Of a stretch of DNA of 64,000 bases, positions 1 to 12,949 are shown piece by piece (within the stretch, counting starts at the first letter, position 1; every line of letters begins with the position of its first letter). The stretch comes from Blastocladiella emersonii ATCC 22665 (lineage: Eukaryota; Fungi; Blastocladiomycota): contig JANHCV010000012.1 in assembly GCA_025594325.1 (NCBI GenBank), forward strand, positions 62,001 through 126,000, read 5' to 3'. The translations under genes and the position numbers were made by a program. Under the pieces are notes generated by a model. That model made no database searches. It was given only the letters and a program-made list of their open reading frames with translations, and was not told the DNA's origin.

Positions 1-33
1 GACTAACGGAGCCCGCCGTTCCGCTGTACGTAG

Positions 34-732
34 CCTCGAGAGCTCGTTGCCGCCATGGAGCACTTTGTCACGGCGCTGGCGATGCGGGTGGAGGAGATTC
101 TGGGTGGTCTCGAGAAGCGCGGGTCGAAGCGGCCCAAGGGCCTGCGCGCATTCGCAGCGAAGCGGTACGGCGGCGACCACCCCGACCGCGCTACGCTCAA
201 GCTGATCCCAGTGACGTGGGCGCTGGTGTGCACCAAGTACGACGCGTTCCGCGACCAGCCCAGCGAGCTGCGGCGAGCCATTGTAAGGCTGGTGCGGTAC
301 GTCGGGCACGTTTACGGCGGGACCATCATCTTCACGAGCGACCGCGCGGACGAGGCGACGGCGACGCGGGTGCGTCCCAAGGTCACTGCAGCTGTTGACT
401 CGGACACGCTTCTGACGAGGCACTTGCTGAGTAGATGAAGCAGCTCGTCAGCCACTACACCTTCAAGACGACGCCGCCCAAGCAAGAGACGACTGACCCG
501 AACCGCGCCGTGTACCTCATCCCTGGATCCGACTCGTTCGAGGACATATTCGCCAACACGGCATACAAGACGGTCGACGACATCAAGGCGCAGATCCAGA
601 TGCTCCTCTCCAAGTCGGACGGCGTAAGCGATGCGGCCATGTCGGGCCGAGGGGAGAGCGGGTCAGCGGGCAAGCCGGCGAGGCACAAGGCCCTGTCGCC
701 CGAGCATGCCGAGCCGACGATTGATCAAGAAT
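34..732 (+). CDS. DYNC2LI1: Cytoplasmic dynein-2 light intermediate chain (D1bLIC), partial; the gene starts upstream of the window and the last exon is unresolved
   Basis: Branch point CTAAC at 3-7 and acceptor TAG at 31-33. Exons 34-369 and 435-732 (intron GTGCGT..TAG 370-434). The peptide PRELVAAMEH..DHPDRATLKLIPV..TKYDAFRD..VRYVGHVYGGTIIFTS..DPNRAVYLIPGSDSFEDI matches the D1bLIC pattern (DHPD, KYD.F.D, R..AH.YG..L.FTS, G.DSF..I). Confidence 0.8.
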
Positions 733-1838
733 GTATGTGAGAGATACTCGTTGCTGATGCTCTATACACTTGTCCTCCCCTCTAACCGCCTCCGACGAGA
801 AAGCACGAGCGGGATACATGGCATGGCAGGGGACGCGACGCGCCGCGACGCGTGACGCTGCAGGGCCACCGCACCACCGCTCGCGACCCCGCCGTCTGCG
901 GTGCCAAGTCCGTAGCCAATTACAGAGGTATTCGGGTGGGGTCGCTTCATCAGCGAGGAGCGTCAAGTACAGCCAGCCGCCCGGAGGTCAGTTGGTCGGG
1001 CGGTGCGCGCCACTCGCGCGGTGGCCTCGTTCGGGTCGCTCGCCGCCACGGCACGCCACCGCCCGCCCGCCTTCGCCTCTGCCCTGCCCGCCGTCCATCC
1101 GCCTGCTGCCCCGATACTACTTGCTGCAACGGGTTGCCGACCGCGCCGAAGCATCCATCCCGCTACCCGAGCGCCGCGCCCGAGTTCCTGCTCGAACCTC
1201 TCCCAGGGTGGGTTGTCCGCCGCCGCCGCCGCCCTCCCGCCACCTCCGCCACCCCGCCACCCCGCCGCCCCTGCGCCCACTCCCCATGCACACGCACTCC
1301 CCGAACGCCATGTATCAACTGCACGAACGTCGCCCATGCAACTGCCCGCGTCGTGCCGCGCCGCGCAGGTGCCACGTCGGGCGCCCGAGCGCCCACAGGA
1401 CTGTCACTCTTGCGAATTTGTTCTGCCGCGCTTTGCTGCGAGCCGGGTCGACTCCCGTACTCGTCCTGCCGCCATCTACCGCTCCTTTCGACGCACAGCG
1501 GGCGGGCTCGACTACCACGGTCCTCCTCGGTGTGGCGTCCACCGTGCTGACCGTCGCCCTCACGCTCCGGCGCGACGGCACGCGGTCCCTGCGCTGCTCA
1601 GCGAGAGCCTCGCACTCGGCGGTGTATCCGCAGCCCCCTCGAACGCGCGCACTGTGTTGAACGCCCGTTCCCTCCTACCTCCTCGCTCGCTCTCGTCCAA
1701 ACGCGGGCCAAGTTCCCTGTACTCACGACACCGCCCCGCCCCAACCTTGTAGACCTCCATCTACCTGACGCAGACCTAGTTCTGTCCCTCCGACATCCCC
1801 CGGCTCCTCCGCATCCACCATCTTCACGAGCCTCCGTA

Positions 1839-2613
1839 ATGAGCAAAGGCAACTATCTCCGCGAGTACAAGCTCGTCGTCGTCGGCGGCGGTGGCGTCGG
1901 CAAGTCAGCCCTCACGATCCAGTTCATCCAGTCCCACTTTGTCGACGAGTACGATCCGACCATTGAGGGTACGCTACGCACTTCTGGCGCTCTCGTTCGC
2001 GAACTCCCGGCTCAACTGACGCGTTCGCCTCCCCTGCCAGACTCGTACCGCAAGCACTGCGTCATCGACGACGAGGTGGCCCTGCTCGACGTGCTCGACA
2101 CGGCCGGCCAGGAAGAGTACAGCGCCATGCGGGAACAGTACATGCGGACCGGCGAGGGCTTCCTGCTCGTCTACTCGATCACCTCGCGGAACACGTTCGA
2201 GGAGATCTCCACCTTCCACCAGCAGATCCTGCGCGTCAAGGACAAGGACACGTTCCCCATGATCCTGATTGGCAACAAGTGCGACCTCGAGCACGAGCGC
2301 ATGGTTCAGCTGCAGGGTATGTCCACGCTACTTGCCTACCGTCACTGACCCACGCAACTGACCCTGCTGCATTGCCGTGAATACAGAGGGCCGCTCGCTC
2401 GCGCAGCACTTCCAGTGCAAGCTCATGGAGACGTCGGCCAAGCAGCGCATCAACGTCGACGAGGCCTTCTACAGCTTGGTCCGCGAGATCCGCCGGTACA
2501 CGGACGGCGGCACCGACGCGGGCTCGGGCTCGCGCCCCGCGGCCGGCCGCGCCAACAAGCCGCCCAAGTCGGGCAAGGGCGGCAAGTGGTCCAACAAGTG
2601 CCTCGTGCAGTAA
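1839..2613 (+). CDS. RAS1: Ras small GTPase, fungal Ras1 type
   Basis: [39 protein letters not shown] and ETSAK motifs. Introns 1969-2040 and 2317-2386. C-terminal CAAX box CLVQ. Confidence 0.97.
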
Positions 2614-3265
2614 CCGGGCCGTACGCTCTCTGACCGATTGTTCCCCCCTCCCTTTCCCTTTTGTGTATTCGTCCCTGATCCCCGCCCGCCTCGCCCGCTC
2701 TATCGTCGTCCGCCACCGCCGGTGCCACGCGCTTGGCCTCTCCATCCCTGAATTCTACTCCTGCTCCACACACACTCCCCGTCCCCGCGGGGTCCTCTGC
2801 TGTCGCTGTCGATGGGCGCGTGCCAGATGACCGACGCGACGCTGTCTGTCCTCGCGCGCGGGGCCCAGTTTTTTTATAGACAAACTTCCGTTATCAGCCG
2901 CGTCTTCCTGCGCGTCGTCCGCTCTGCGCGACCCGGACCTTGAGTGCGTCCTGAAAAGCAACCATTTTGTGCAGGCGCGACAGGAGGGTAGCGAGCGAGG
3001 GAGGCAGAGGAGAGAGGTGGTACACAGAGAGAGAACAATCTAATGGGAAATGGAGGGAGGCAGGAGGGAGCAGACAAACAAGAGAGAGAGAAAAAGTAGT
3101 ATAGGCAGACGGGAAGGCGGTCAACGCTCGATGGTCGTGGTCGTGGTCGCGGACGCCGTCACCGCGGCCTCCTCACCTCCCGCCGCCGAGTCCACCGTGG
3201 GCGGCGGCAGGGACGACAGGGAGGACAGGGACGAGTCGAGCGACGGCGACGGCGATGCGACGCGC

Positions 3266-4693
3266 CTACGCTTCGTACTTGGCCCCGCAACAAAAAATGC
3301 GTCGCCAGACCGAGGCCTTTGGCCGTGCGGCGGGCCCGCCTTGTGGGTGGAGCGGCTGCTGGATGTGGTGGGTATCGCGCTCGGGCGTGGCGTCGGCGCC
3401 GCCGGCGGCTCCCGCGCTGGTGTTGGGCTGCTGGTGCTGGCGGGACGCGGAGCCCGTGGGCTGCTGGGCCTGCTGGCCGCCGTACCGGTGGTCGGCGCCA
3501 CCGGCGCCAGACTGGGACTGCATGGTCGGGTAGCCGCCCGGCTGGACACCGCCGGGGCCCGACTGCTGCTGCTGGCCCTGATGCCGATGCCGGTTGGGGT
3601 CCGGTCCTGCGCCGGACGCGCCGTTGGCCGCGGCGGCGGCGGCGGCGGCGGACGAGGAAGCCCCCGCGGCGGACGCGTCGAGGGCGGCGGCAGCGGCGGC
3701 GGGGTACTGGTTGGCGGCGTTGCCGTTGCCGGCGGCCACGGCGGCCTGGGCCTGGGCCTGGGCGTAGCGGCCCGAGGCGCACATCTGGTTCCACTGCTCG
3801 GTGGACATCCAGTCGTAGGCGCCGTCGTCGACGAGGCCGTGGCGGTCGAGGCACTTGTCCATGAGGCCGATGAGGTAGCGGTAGTCGGGCTCCTCCTCGA
3901 AGCCGAGGCGGCGTGCGTAGGTGAGGTAGTCAGCAAACTCGGCGGGGCAGCGCTCGGCGAGCTCCGAGACGGGGGTCATCTGCTTCTTCTCGCCAATCTT
4001 CTCGTATTTCTGCTTGTTGGTCTGGGCCTTGAGCCCCTGCCAGGGGAGCGAGCCGCGCAGGAAGTAGAAGAAGACGTGCCCGAGGGCCTCGAGGTCGTCG
4101 CGGCGCGACTGCTCGCGGCCGAGGTGGGTGTTGATGGACATGTAGCGGGCGGTGCCGGAGAGCGACTTGCGCTCCCGGTAGGGGATGTGCTGCTTGGTCT
4201 TGGGGTCGCGGTAGTGCTTGGCCATGCCGAAGTCGACCATGAAGACGGTGGACTGGTTGCGGGCGCCGGGCCGGCCGATGAGGAAGTTGTCAGGCTTGAT
4301 GTCGCGGTAGATGAGCGACTTTTCGTGGACGGTCCAGATGCGGGCGATCATGGCCTTGGCGAGGAGGCAGGTGGTCTTGATGGAGAACTTGCGGCCGCAC
4401 ATGTCGAAGACGTCCTCGAGCGAGGGCCCGAGCAGGTCGATGACGAGGATGTTGTGCAGGCCCTCCTGGCCGAAATAGTAGGAGAGCGGGATGCCCTCGC
4501 AGCCGGCGAGGATCTTGTAGGTGCGGAACTCGTCGCGCAGCTGCGGGGCCTCGGACTTGCGCGACTCGAACTTGATGGCGACGTGGGTGTTGTTGAGGAG
4601 GTTGGTGCCCTCGTAGATGACGCCGAAGGAGCCCTCGCCGATCTTGCGGCCGACCTTGTAGTGGACGCCGACGATGTTGGGCGAGGCGGACAT
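3266..4693 (-). CDS. CK1: Casein kinase I (Yck/Cki-like, membrane-anchored type)
   Basis: Single ORF with IGEGSFG, HRD-equivalent [11 protein letters not shown] and [13 protein letters not shown]-rich tail ending in a CC motif (RRIFCCG), a likely palmitoylation site. Confidence 0.96.
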   Translation of the reverse strand: MSASPNIVGVHYKVGRKIGEGSFGVIYEGTNLLNNTHVAIKFESRKSEAPQLRDEFRTYKILAGCEGIPLSYYFGQEGLHNILVIDLLGPSLEDVFDMCGRKFSIKTTCLLAKAMIARIWTVHEKSLIYRDIKPDNFLIGRPGARNQSTVFMVDFGMAKHYRDPKTKQHIPYRERKSLSGTARYMSINTHLGREQSRRDDLEALGHVFFYFLRGSLPWQGLKAQTNKQKYEKIGEKKQMTPVSELAERCPAEFADYLTYARRLGFEEEPDYRYLIGLMDKCLDRHGLVDDGAYDWMSTEQWNQMCASGRYAQAQAQAAVAAGNGNAANQYPAAAAAALDASAAGASSSAAAAAAAANGASGAGPDPNRHRHQGQQQQSGPGGVQPGGYPTMQSQSGAGGADHRYGGQQAQQPTGSASRQHQQPNTSAGAAGGADATPERDTHHIQQPLHPQGGPAARPKASVWRRIFCCGAKYEA

Positions 4694-6026
4694 GGTCGGT
4701 GGTGGTCGGGGGTTGGAGGGTATGGGTGGGTCAAGGGAGGGAGGGCGGTGCGCGCGACGGGACGGGGATCAATCGGTCGGGGGTGGCGAGGGAGTCGACG
4801 CGGCAGCAGCAGCAGGTAGAGGCGAGCGAGGCAAGGGGGGAGGAGAGGAAGAGCGCTCGATGGTTGGGGTGGCGCAGAGCGGGGGCGAGCAGGCAGTGCG
4901 GTTTTGGCGGGTTGCGCGGTTTGCGGCGGCGATGGAGTGACGCCAGCGGCGGGCAGGAGGGGCGCCGGGTGCGTCGCGCGCTCGGGCGGGCCGTCGGCGG
5001 CGTGGGGCGCGTGGGAGGGGGCGGTGCGCGCGGGCGGAGCAGGATCGGGCCGGGCGGTCGCGGGCGGTCGCGAACGGTCGGGCGAGCGCGCGGGGGACAC
5101 GGCGCGGTCGGCGGGGCGCGGTCGCAGGCGCGGCGCGGGGGGCGGCAGGGCAGTCGGTGCGCGCAGGAGCAGGAGGTCGCCGGTAGCGACGTGTGCAGCG
5201 AGTCGGTGCGTGTGCGGGCGGTGGCAGGTCGTTGCGGGCGGTGGGGGAAGCGGAGCGAGCGCTGGAGCGAGCGCGGAATGACCTTTCCGCCGCGGCGGCG
5301 CCGGCGCCGTGTGGCGCTGCGAGGCAAAAGCGCGTCACGTCTTTTCGGATGGGAGTGGCAGCCCGCCGCTCTCCCGCTGCCGCACAGCCTCATCTTCGAT
5401 GGCCGCAGCCACGCTCGCTTTAACCTCCCCGGGCAGGGCCGCGGCCATCGCCACTCTGCGCAAGGGTGCGCGCTATCCCCGGCAAGCAGCTCGCCGACCC
5501 TGAACTGGCCGCCTCGTGCGATTGGTGACGGGGGCGAGTCTGAGCGTCTCTCGGAGGCAGACAGCTGCTCTCGCCGCAGCAGTCCTCGCGGCGGAAGGCG
5601 AGCGCTCCGCCGCGCGCAGCTGAAGGAACAGCTGCCGAACAACGCGGCCGAGCGACGGCGCGCTGGGCAGGCCCGAGGGCATCGACGATGAGCGGGGGCC
5701 GAGCAGCAGGCATCGGGCATGGCGGCGAGGGGGCGAGGGGAGCAGCGCGATGCAGGGCGCTCGCGGCGGCCGACCGGCTTCAGCCCCGGCCGCCAGCCCG
5801 ACAGCGGCTTTGGGCCATCGGCCGCTTCCCGTCGCGAGTGATCGATTCCCCTTCTCGTCGATCGCCATTTTCCGTGGGCTTCGCCTCGGCCGCGGCCCCG
5901 ACTCGATCGCCCTTAACTGCGCTCCGACCACGCCAACCGCCGGCCCCGCTCCCCACCATCTACCCAACTGCTGTCTTGCGCACACCTGTATACCTCCCCG
6001 GGCGACCCCGCTCCTCGCGCTTACAC

Positions 6027-8348
6027 ATGCCCCGTGAACCCGCTCCCGCGCCCGCCGTTGCTGCCGCTGCCGCCGCGTCGCGCCCCGCTTCCAGGGCCCT
6101 CCCGCCGACCCCCGCCCTCGGCCCCGCTCCCCTCCCCTCCAAACCCAATGCATCTGCTGCTGCCTGCAATGTTGTGAGTGATGAACTGCCCGTCGGCCTC
6201 GCGCCCGCGGTCCCCGATGTCGCGCCCCTCGCCGCGCGGCTCCCCGATGCCGCCCGCGCTGCGTTGGCGCACCCCGCCCGCCACCACCATGGCGTCCCCG
6301 CCGACCATCCCCCCGGCGCGCCGTCCATCGAGCCGCGCGACGCGATTGTCGCCGTCGTGAGACCGCCGCCGCCCGCTCGCCCGAGCGCTGCCGTGCCGCC
6401 TCCCCCCGCGGAGCCCGTGAGACGAGAAGGGGCCCCTCCCGGCGCCGCTCCGTCCGTGGTCGTGCGTGCGCCACACCGTGTGGCTCGGCCCGCGTCCGCC
6501 GCCGCCGCCGACCTCGCCCTCGCGGCCCTCGACACCCCCGAGATCCTGCTCACGGTCCTGTCGCACCTCGACCACGCCTCGCTGCTGCGCTCGCTGCGCG
6601 TCTCCTCCTACTTTGCCGCCGTCGCCGTCCGCCTCATCTGGCGCTCCATGTCCTTCCACAACTTCCACGGCTTCCTCGGCCTCCTCGAGGTCGCCAAGGT
6701 CCTCTCGCGCAGACCACCCTCCCACTCCTACGGACAGTACATCCGCTCCCTCACCGTCCACTACTCGAACGCGCAAAAGGGCCTCAAGCACGACCTCTCG
6801 CTCGACCGCCCGCTCGCCCTGCTCGCCGCCCACGCCCCGCACGTCCGCGAGCTGCACCTCCACGTCCACGACGCCTCCAAGCTGTCGCTGGCCGCCCTGC
6901 GCTCCATCCTCACCTTTCTGCCCTCGCTCGCCGTGCTCGACCTCAGCTGGTCGCCCGCCGCCGTCCTCGACCCGCTCTTCTGCTCGCTCCCCGACGTCGG
7001 CGCCCTCCCACACCTCCGCGAGCTCGCCATCTCGAGTGCCTGCCTCGGCGACGCTGGCCTCGCCTGGATCACCGCCCATGCCCACGCCCTCGTGTCCATC
7101 TCGCTGCGTGTTGACCCTGAACTCGGACCGCGCACCCTGTCGTGGCGCGGCATCGTCGACGCGCTCGCCGTCCGCCACCACGCTACGCTGCAGCGCCTCG
7201 AGCTCAAGGGCGTCGACTTTCCCGACGCGTCCGACTACGCCGCCGCCCTCCCGTTTACGCTGCCGGCGCTCTCCCACCTCCACCTCACGGTCCTCTCGAC
7301 CCGCACCGCGCCGACCAGCGGGTTCGGCTTTCTCGGTCTCGCTCGCGCCGCTGCCGCGAGCCTCACGCACCTGTGCCTCGTCGGCATCCACGGCGACGCC
7401 CTGGCCAAGATCGCCCCCGTCCTGCGCAACCTCACCTCGCTCGAGCTCCTCCACTGCCCCGGTCTCGACGTGCCCACCTGCCGCGTCCTCGCCGCCTCGT
7501 TCCCGCTCTTGCGCCAGTTTCGCCTCGCTGCCACCGAGCTCGGCGACGCTGGGCTGTGCGCGCTCGCTGGCCTCGACTCGGCGGCTGCTGCCTCCGAGGA
7601 CAAGGAGACCGACTCAAATACCCCGGCCCTGCCGTCGCCGTCTCAAGGCGCCCAGCAGCCCCAGAAACTCCAATCCCGCGCGCCACGGCTCGGCGGGTGT
7701 CTCGGCGAGGTGCGCGATCTCGACCTCCAGTCGGTACACCGGCTCACGGACGCGGCGTTCCAGCGCACGGCGCAGGTCCTGACCAAGCTGCGGTGGATCC
7801 GGTTCATCGACTGCCCGCACCTGACGGACGCGTCGGTCCTCACCGTGTGCCACGCGTCGCCCGCCATCGAGACGGTGCACCTCGCCGGCCCGCACTTCAC
7901 GGGCAACGTGTACTGGCTGTGCGCGCCGCTGCTCGCCCAGCTGTCGTGGCTCGTGGTCGAGGACCTCGGCCGGTTCGACGCGGCCGAGTGGCACGACCTC
8001 GTCGACTGCCTCCCGCAAGTCGCCCGCGCCGTGCACAACGGCTGGTTGCTCTCGGCGCACGCGCTCGCGTCGGCCGGTGCGGCTGGCGGGCCCGCGGCGC
8101 TCGCGGCCAGCGGGACCACGGGGACCACGACCGCAACCATGGCGGGCAGCCCGTTCGGGCCCGTCCTCCTCACGTCGTCGGCCACGGCAGCAGCTGCGGC
8201 GGCGGCCATGGCAGCGGTCAGCTCGCCTATCCCGCTCAACGCGAAGCCGTCGGCGACCCCGCCACGACGCGCGCTGTTCCGGCCCGCCGTCGACACGCGC
8301 ACCCTACTGACGCCCAACCAGCCCAACCCCTATGTCATGGCCGACTGA
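6027..8348 (+). CDS. F-box / leucine-rich-repeat (FBXL-like) protein; start codon uncertain
   Basis: F-box-like LDTPEILLTVLSHLDHASLLRSLRVSSYF followed by RNI-type LRRs (LAVLDLSW, LRELAISSACLGDAGL, CPHLTDASV). Strong GC3 bias. Confidence 0.8.
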   Translation: MPREPAPAPAVAAAAAASRPASRALPPTPALGPAPLPSKPNASAAACNVVSDELPVGLAPAVPDVAPLAARLPDAARAALAHPARHHHGVPADHPPGAPSIEPRDAIVAVVRPPPPARPSAAVPPPPAEPVRREGAPPGAAPSVVVRAPHRVARPASAAAADLALAALDTPEILLTVLSHLDHASLLRSLRVSSYFAAVAVRLIWRSMSFHNFHGFLGLLEVAKVLSRRPPSHSYGQYIRSLTVHYSNAQKGLKHDLSLDRPLALLAAHAPHVRELHLHVHDASKLSLAALRSILTFLPSLAVLDLSWSPAAVLDPLFCSLPDVGALPHLRELAISSACLGDAGLAWITAHAHALVSISLRVDPELGPRTLSWRGIVDALAVRHHATLQRLELKGVDFPDASDYAAALPFTLPALSHLHLTVLSTRTAPTSGFGFLGLARAAAASLTHLCLVGIHGDALAKIAPVLRNLTSLELLHCPGLDVPTCRVLAASFPLLRQFRLAATELGDAGLCALAGLDSAAAASEDKETDSNTPALPSPSQGAQQPQKLQSRAPRLGGCLGEVRDLDLQSVHRLTDAAFQRTAQVLTKLRWIRFIDCPHLTDASVLTVCHASPAIETVHLAGPHFTGNVYWLCAPLLAQLSWLVVEDLGRFDAAEWHDLVDCLPQVARAVHNGWLLSAHALASAGAAGGPAALAASGTTGTTTATMAGSPFGPVLLTSSATAAAAAAAMAAVSSPIPLNAKPSATPPRRALFRPAVDTRTLLTPNQPNPYVMAD

Positions 8349-8482
8349 AATACATACACAGACTCGTCTTTTTTGTCGTACACGAGGGAAAGAGTGAATG
8401 GCATTGATTGCATTTCGAACGGGAATCATCATGAAGAGTGCGGAAGGGAGCGATGCGGGGAGTACACAAGGAAGACAGACTC

Positions 8483-9384
8483 TTACAGCTCCTCGAGCTG
8501 CTTGAGCGTGTCCTCGAGCTCCTGCTTGGTCTTGGCGTACTTTGCCGAGGTGTCGTCGAGCTTGGCCTCGAGGTCGGCCTTCTCGCGCTCGAGGTGGCCG
8601 GCCTTGCGCTCCCACTGCTCGGACGAGAGCTCGAGCGAGCGGACCTTGTCCTGGGCAATCTTGAGGGCCGACTCGGCCGTGGTCAGGTCCTTCTCGAGCA
8701 GCGTCACCTTGCGGGCGAGGGCGTCGATCTGGGCCTTGAGGTCCGACTCGGTCGCGTTCTGCACCTTGACGGCGTCGATGCGCTTCTCGGCGCGCTCGTT
8801 GTCGAGCTGCAGCAGCGCCACCTTGTTGTTGAGCGAGTTGACCTCGTTGTCCTTGGACGCCAGCTGCTCCTGCAGCTTCTTGACCTGCTGCTCGGCCGCG
8901 TCGGCGCGCGCGTTGGCGGTATCGGCCTCGGCGCGGAGCAGGTTGAGCTTCTACGGAAGGCGATGCGGGGGGCGTGGGGTGAGTGGCGCGATCGGGAGGG
9001 CAGGTCGCGGGCGGACGGGCGCGGTTCTCCCACACTCCATGTCGCGGCGGCACGCGCGATCGGTGCTCGCCGGAGGCGGCGCGAGCGTGCGGGATCCGGC
9101 AGTGCAGTGGCTCGGCGCGTAGCTGCCGTCGCGTCGTAAGGACACGGCTCGTCGCGTGTGCGTGTGGCGCCCACTGGACGCGTCCTCGTCCTCGACGCGA
9201 CGAGCCGCCGCGAGTGCTCCCACGCGTCATTGGGCGCGATCGTGGTGCGTTTCGGATCGCGCTTGCGTGCGTGCGACATGGCAGGCGGTTCGGCCCGACC
9301 GGGGAGGGAACGCAGCACCCGCCGGGCCGACGTCGGCGCGCGAGCGTGCGAGGCGGCTCAACGAACCTCCTTGAACTTGTCCAT
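8483..9384 (-). CDS. TPM1: Tropomyosin (fungal type)
   Basis: Micro-exon MDKFKE (9384-9367), intron 9366-8951, then KLNLLRAEADTANARADAAE and a continuous heptad coiled coil ending ..LEDTLKQLEEL. Confidence 0.92.
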
Positions 9385-11767
9385 GGTTATCAATACAGGT
9401 GGCAGTGGCGGTGCTGTGGGTGCGAGCGGCGGGCGGATCGGCGGGGCGGGAGAGCAGAAGGGCGCGGGGAGGGGGCGACGGCGGGCGGGCGGCGGGGCGG
9501 CGGGGCCGCTTGGGTGGCGGCGAGGGGCGCCCGCACGCGTGCCGCTCGCTCGAGATCACCGCCGACCTGATGGCGACAGGAGTGGCAGCCGCGAAGGCTC
9601 GCTCCTCTTCACCGACTCGTACGCCCATGGAGAGCCCACGCAACACATGTAGCATGCAATGACTTTATGCAACGTGATCTTCTGTTCCGATTGAGTCGCC
9701 CGGCCGCCAAAAGAGCTGCTTTTCACCCGGCTGCGCTGTCGCCCGGCGCTAGATCCTGCGCTCCGCGGCCTCTCGCTTTCCACGACCTTTACTTCAACGT
9801 TCAACGGCTACACACTCTTTGCGATACATCTGTGGAGCACACACGGATAGGAATGTCAGTGGCGATAGTCGTTTCGTAAATTCACGCCGACTCAGGCGAG
9901 GACAGCCGGGCGACTATTCGGGCCCGCCCGACGCCGAATGCCGACATCTCAATTTTCCGGCCAGTTTCGTGCGTCTCAAGGAGAACCTCGACAAGACTTG
10001 AAATCCGTTGGTCACGCACGGGCGTCGTACTCGCCAGCAAAGTAGATGGCGAGTCGTGATCGGGCGCTTCCGATATTGCAAATCCAGCCTGTCTTTTTTT
10101 TTTTCTTGCAACCAATTCGTTCGTTCCGCTCATTAGACAGAACGATGTTGTTCGGCGCTTCGGCTTGTCCGACCTAACCGGCTCACAGGCATGCGTGTCC
10201 CGCGAAATCGCTTTTCTCACTTTACCGGATGATGGCACTGCCGCACCGACGCCCGGCGATGGCAAAATCGTATACAGTAGTCAGGTTGCTTGCCACTTGT
10301 GCTTCCTGCACGTCAGCTCCGTTAATCGGCCGATCGCGGCGGCCGATCGGGGCGTGAGAAATTGCCAGGCCAGGTAGCCCGGTTTAACTTCGCCGACGTA
10401 ATTCTCTCGCACAGGCACGCTTCTAAATCGCGTGTTTCGCTCACTTCAAATAAAATGCTTCGAGGTGCCGGGATCCACGAATGAAAGCGCGTTCTCTGCC
10501 TCCATGGGCAATCCAGTTGGCCGTGCTCTCAGCCACGTATACAAGGCATTTCGCGTTCATTTCTTCAATGAAAGCTTCCCTGCCATTGCTTCCGCCCGCG
10601 CCATTTGCTGAACCCTACGAATACGATTGCTCGCCTTGAATTCACTGACGATGTCAGCCAAGTGGGCTTAGCGCTGCCTGCTCTGCTCTCTCCATTTACA
10701 ACGTGGAATATTGGGTGTGACCCAGTCCACCTGCAACGCTGAAACGTACCTACCACCACTCCAAGAGGTCTCGCCCGCGGAACGCACCGCCGGGGTCTCT
10801 TTACGCGACCAATCAACAACGCAGATTGTTGCGATCGCGGCACTGCCTGACCTCGAAGGTGAGCTAGCTGGGCAGGCGAAGCGTCTGGATGGAGGCCGCG
10901 TACACACACCCACACGCGCGTGCGTGCTCCTCGGTACTCACTCACTGGCTTGGTGTGCTTGAGCCGTCGTCGCCACAACTACTTCTCCGTCCACATGTAT
11001 TTTCACTTGTGTGGAACAGGACCGACCGAGTGGCGCTGCGTGTGGCGCAACGCGTCGCCCGCGGCTCACGGTGCGTGCGCCAACGAAAGCAATTGATTGA
11101 TCCGAGCATTCGCTCTTTGCATTAGTCACGCGTCTTTTATTCAACACCAAGATGAAGATATGTAGAGGAAAGGGAAATACATCCGCCGACAGACACAACC
11201 TACACGTTCGTGCGGACGCGGTAAAACGAGATCCCGCGCCGCAGAAGCAAAAGGAACCTCGCTCGAACGACCCCCCTACGTAGGGTTCGATCGGTAAGCC
11301 GGCGCCCGTGAGACTCGTCACGCTATCCAAGCCCACCACGCTTGAACCGAACGTGGGGGATCAAGTTCAGCTATCTGGATGCTGGCGGTCAGTCGGTTTC
11401 TGACCTTGGTGCCATTTTGCGCCCGTCCACACTCAGACGCACACGCACACGCACACCTCCCAGTCAACAAATGTATTATGACAAGCGAGGATACTGGCGA
11501 AGCGGCGAGCGGCTCGAGATGCACAAGGCAGGTCAAGCGGTCGCTTGCGCAAAGCGTGGTAATACCGGTCGTGTGTGCGTGAAGAAAGTATGTATTGCAA
11601 TATTTGTGTGTGTCTTCCGCCTCATCATCGTGTCACTCCCGTACCGTACCACCATCCCGAGTCATCTCCCCCATCATGGCCATGATATGATGGCCGGGTG
11701 GCGTTTGCGGCCTCGCCGTGGCCCCCGCCCGTGCGCTGCTACTCTACTCCTGCGTATTCTGCATCTC

Positions 11768-12674
11768 CTACTTGCGCGCCTTCATCGCCTTCTCGGCCAT
11801 CACCTTTTCGGCCTTGGCCTTAGCCTTGGCCGGCGCGCTGCTCAGCTCCGCGCACCCGTCCTCACCGAGCTCCTTGAGCCACGCGTTGGCGATCCATTTC
11901 GCGATCGCCGGCTCGTACAGCACGAGGTCCGGGTAGTGGTCGATCAGGTACCCGACCATGGCGGCGGGCATCATCTCGATGCCCGAGAGCCACGGCACAA
12001 CGGCTCCCAGCGTCTCGGCCAGGACCGCAGCGGCGGGTGCTGGCGGCGCGTCGGCGGGCTTGGCGAGCGCGGGGATGGGCTCGGTCAGGCACACGTGCGT
12101 GATCTTGTCCGTGTTCCCGTTGCGCTTGACGACGCCGGCGGCCTCGAGGTGCTTGACGGCGAGCTCCAGGACCTGGAGCCGTTGGCCGACCCCGTGGAGT
12201 AGTTTCTTCTTCCCGATCGACTCGGCCAGATCCTCGACGGTCTGCGGGCCGTCCTTGAAGAGGCAGTACGCGAGGACACGGCGGACGTGCTCGAGCAGGT
12301 TGCCGCCAAGGACGCGGCGGTGGAGCGGCCGGTACAGGTCGTTGAGCTGGAGCGTGGGCATGTCCGGTGTCCAGAGCGCGGGATCGACGAGCCGGCGGAA
12401 CACGAGGCCCACCTCAAAGGACGCCATCGCGTCGAGCGCCGAGTAGAGGAGCATGTCCGGGGTCCACTGGTCCGGCGGAAGGTCCCAGTTGGAGCAGGAG
12501 AGGCGCTTGTCCTTCCACGCGACGCCAAAGTTGAAGTACGTGGGGCCATGGCCAATGTCGAGCAGGGCGCCGGTCTCCTGCGTGAAGTCGGGCAGCGGCT
12601 CGTTGTGGTAGCGGTGCGCGCACTTGGGGCACGCGCCGAGGCCGGGGTAGGTGCGGTTCTTGGACGTTACATTT
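11768..12674 (-). CDS. Hypothetical protein with an N-terminal CxxC-H motif and a winged-helix-like segment; 5' end unresolved
   Basis: The frame of ORF 11768-12454 stays open upstream to about 12679 (…GACPKCAHRYHNEP…). Host-like GC3 codon bias. The segment PQTVEDLAESIG..LELAVKHLEAAGVVKRNG resembles a wHTH. Confidence 0.6.
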
Positions 12675-12949
12675 CTGCGTCATTGAACCTTCAAGTCAAA
12701 GTTCAGGCTGAATGACTTGGCGAAGAGGAACCGGGTTGCACGCGTTGCGCCACACAGCGTGCGTGTGTTCACCGCGTCGTGCATGGCCCATGTCTGCTCC
12801 GCGAAGTGTGGCAGGTGTCAATACGCGGTCCATGAGCGCCACTTAAAACCACTCTGCTTCCGCTCTCCCAAACCTGGCGGCGCAAAACGAAAATTGGGCG
12901 TAGTGAAGCTGTGTATTACTCTGCACGCGAGGTGCGCTCTCCTTGAGGC

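Noticed and set aside
3050-4819. Long 589-aa ORF on + and many other long Arg/Ala/Gly/Pro-rich ORFs (e.g. 4699-5691, 21120-22469, 33535-35322)
   Set aside because: Antisense or alternate-frame shadows of real genes in very GC-rich DNA, with no recognisable motifs.
9400-11700. Gene-poor ~2.3-kb stretch with several short ORFs
   Set aside because: No codon bias, motifs or repeats that I could support; treated as intergenic or decayed DNA.
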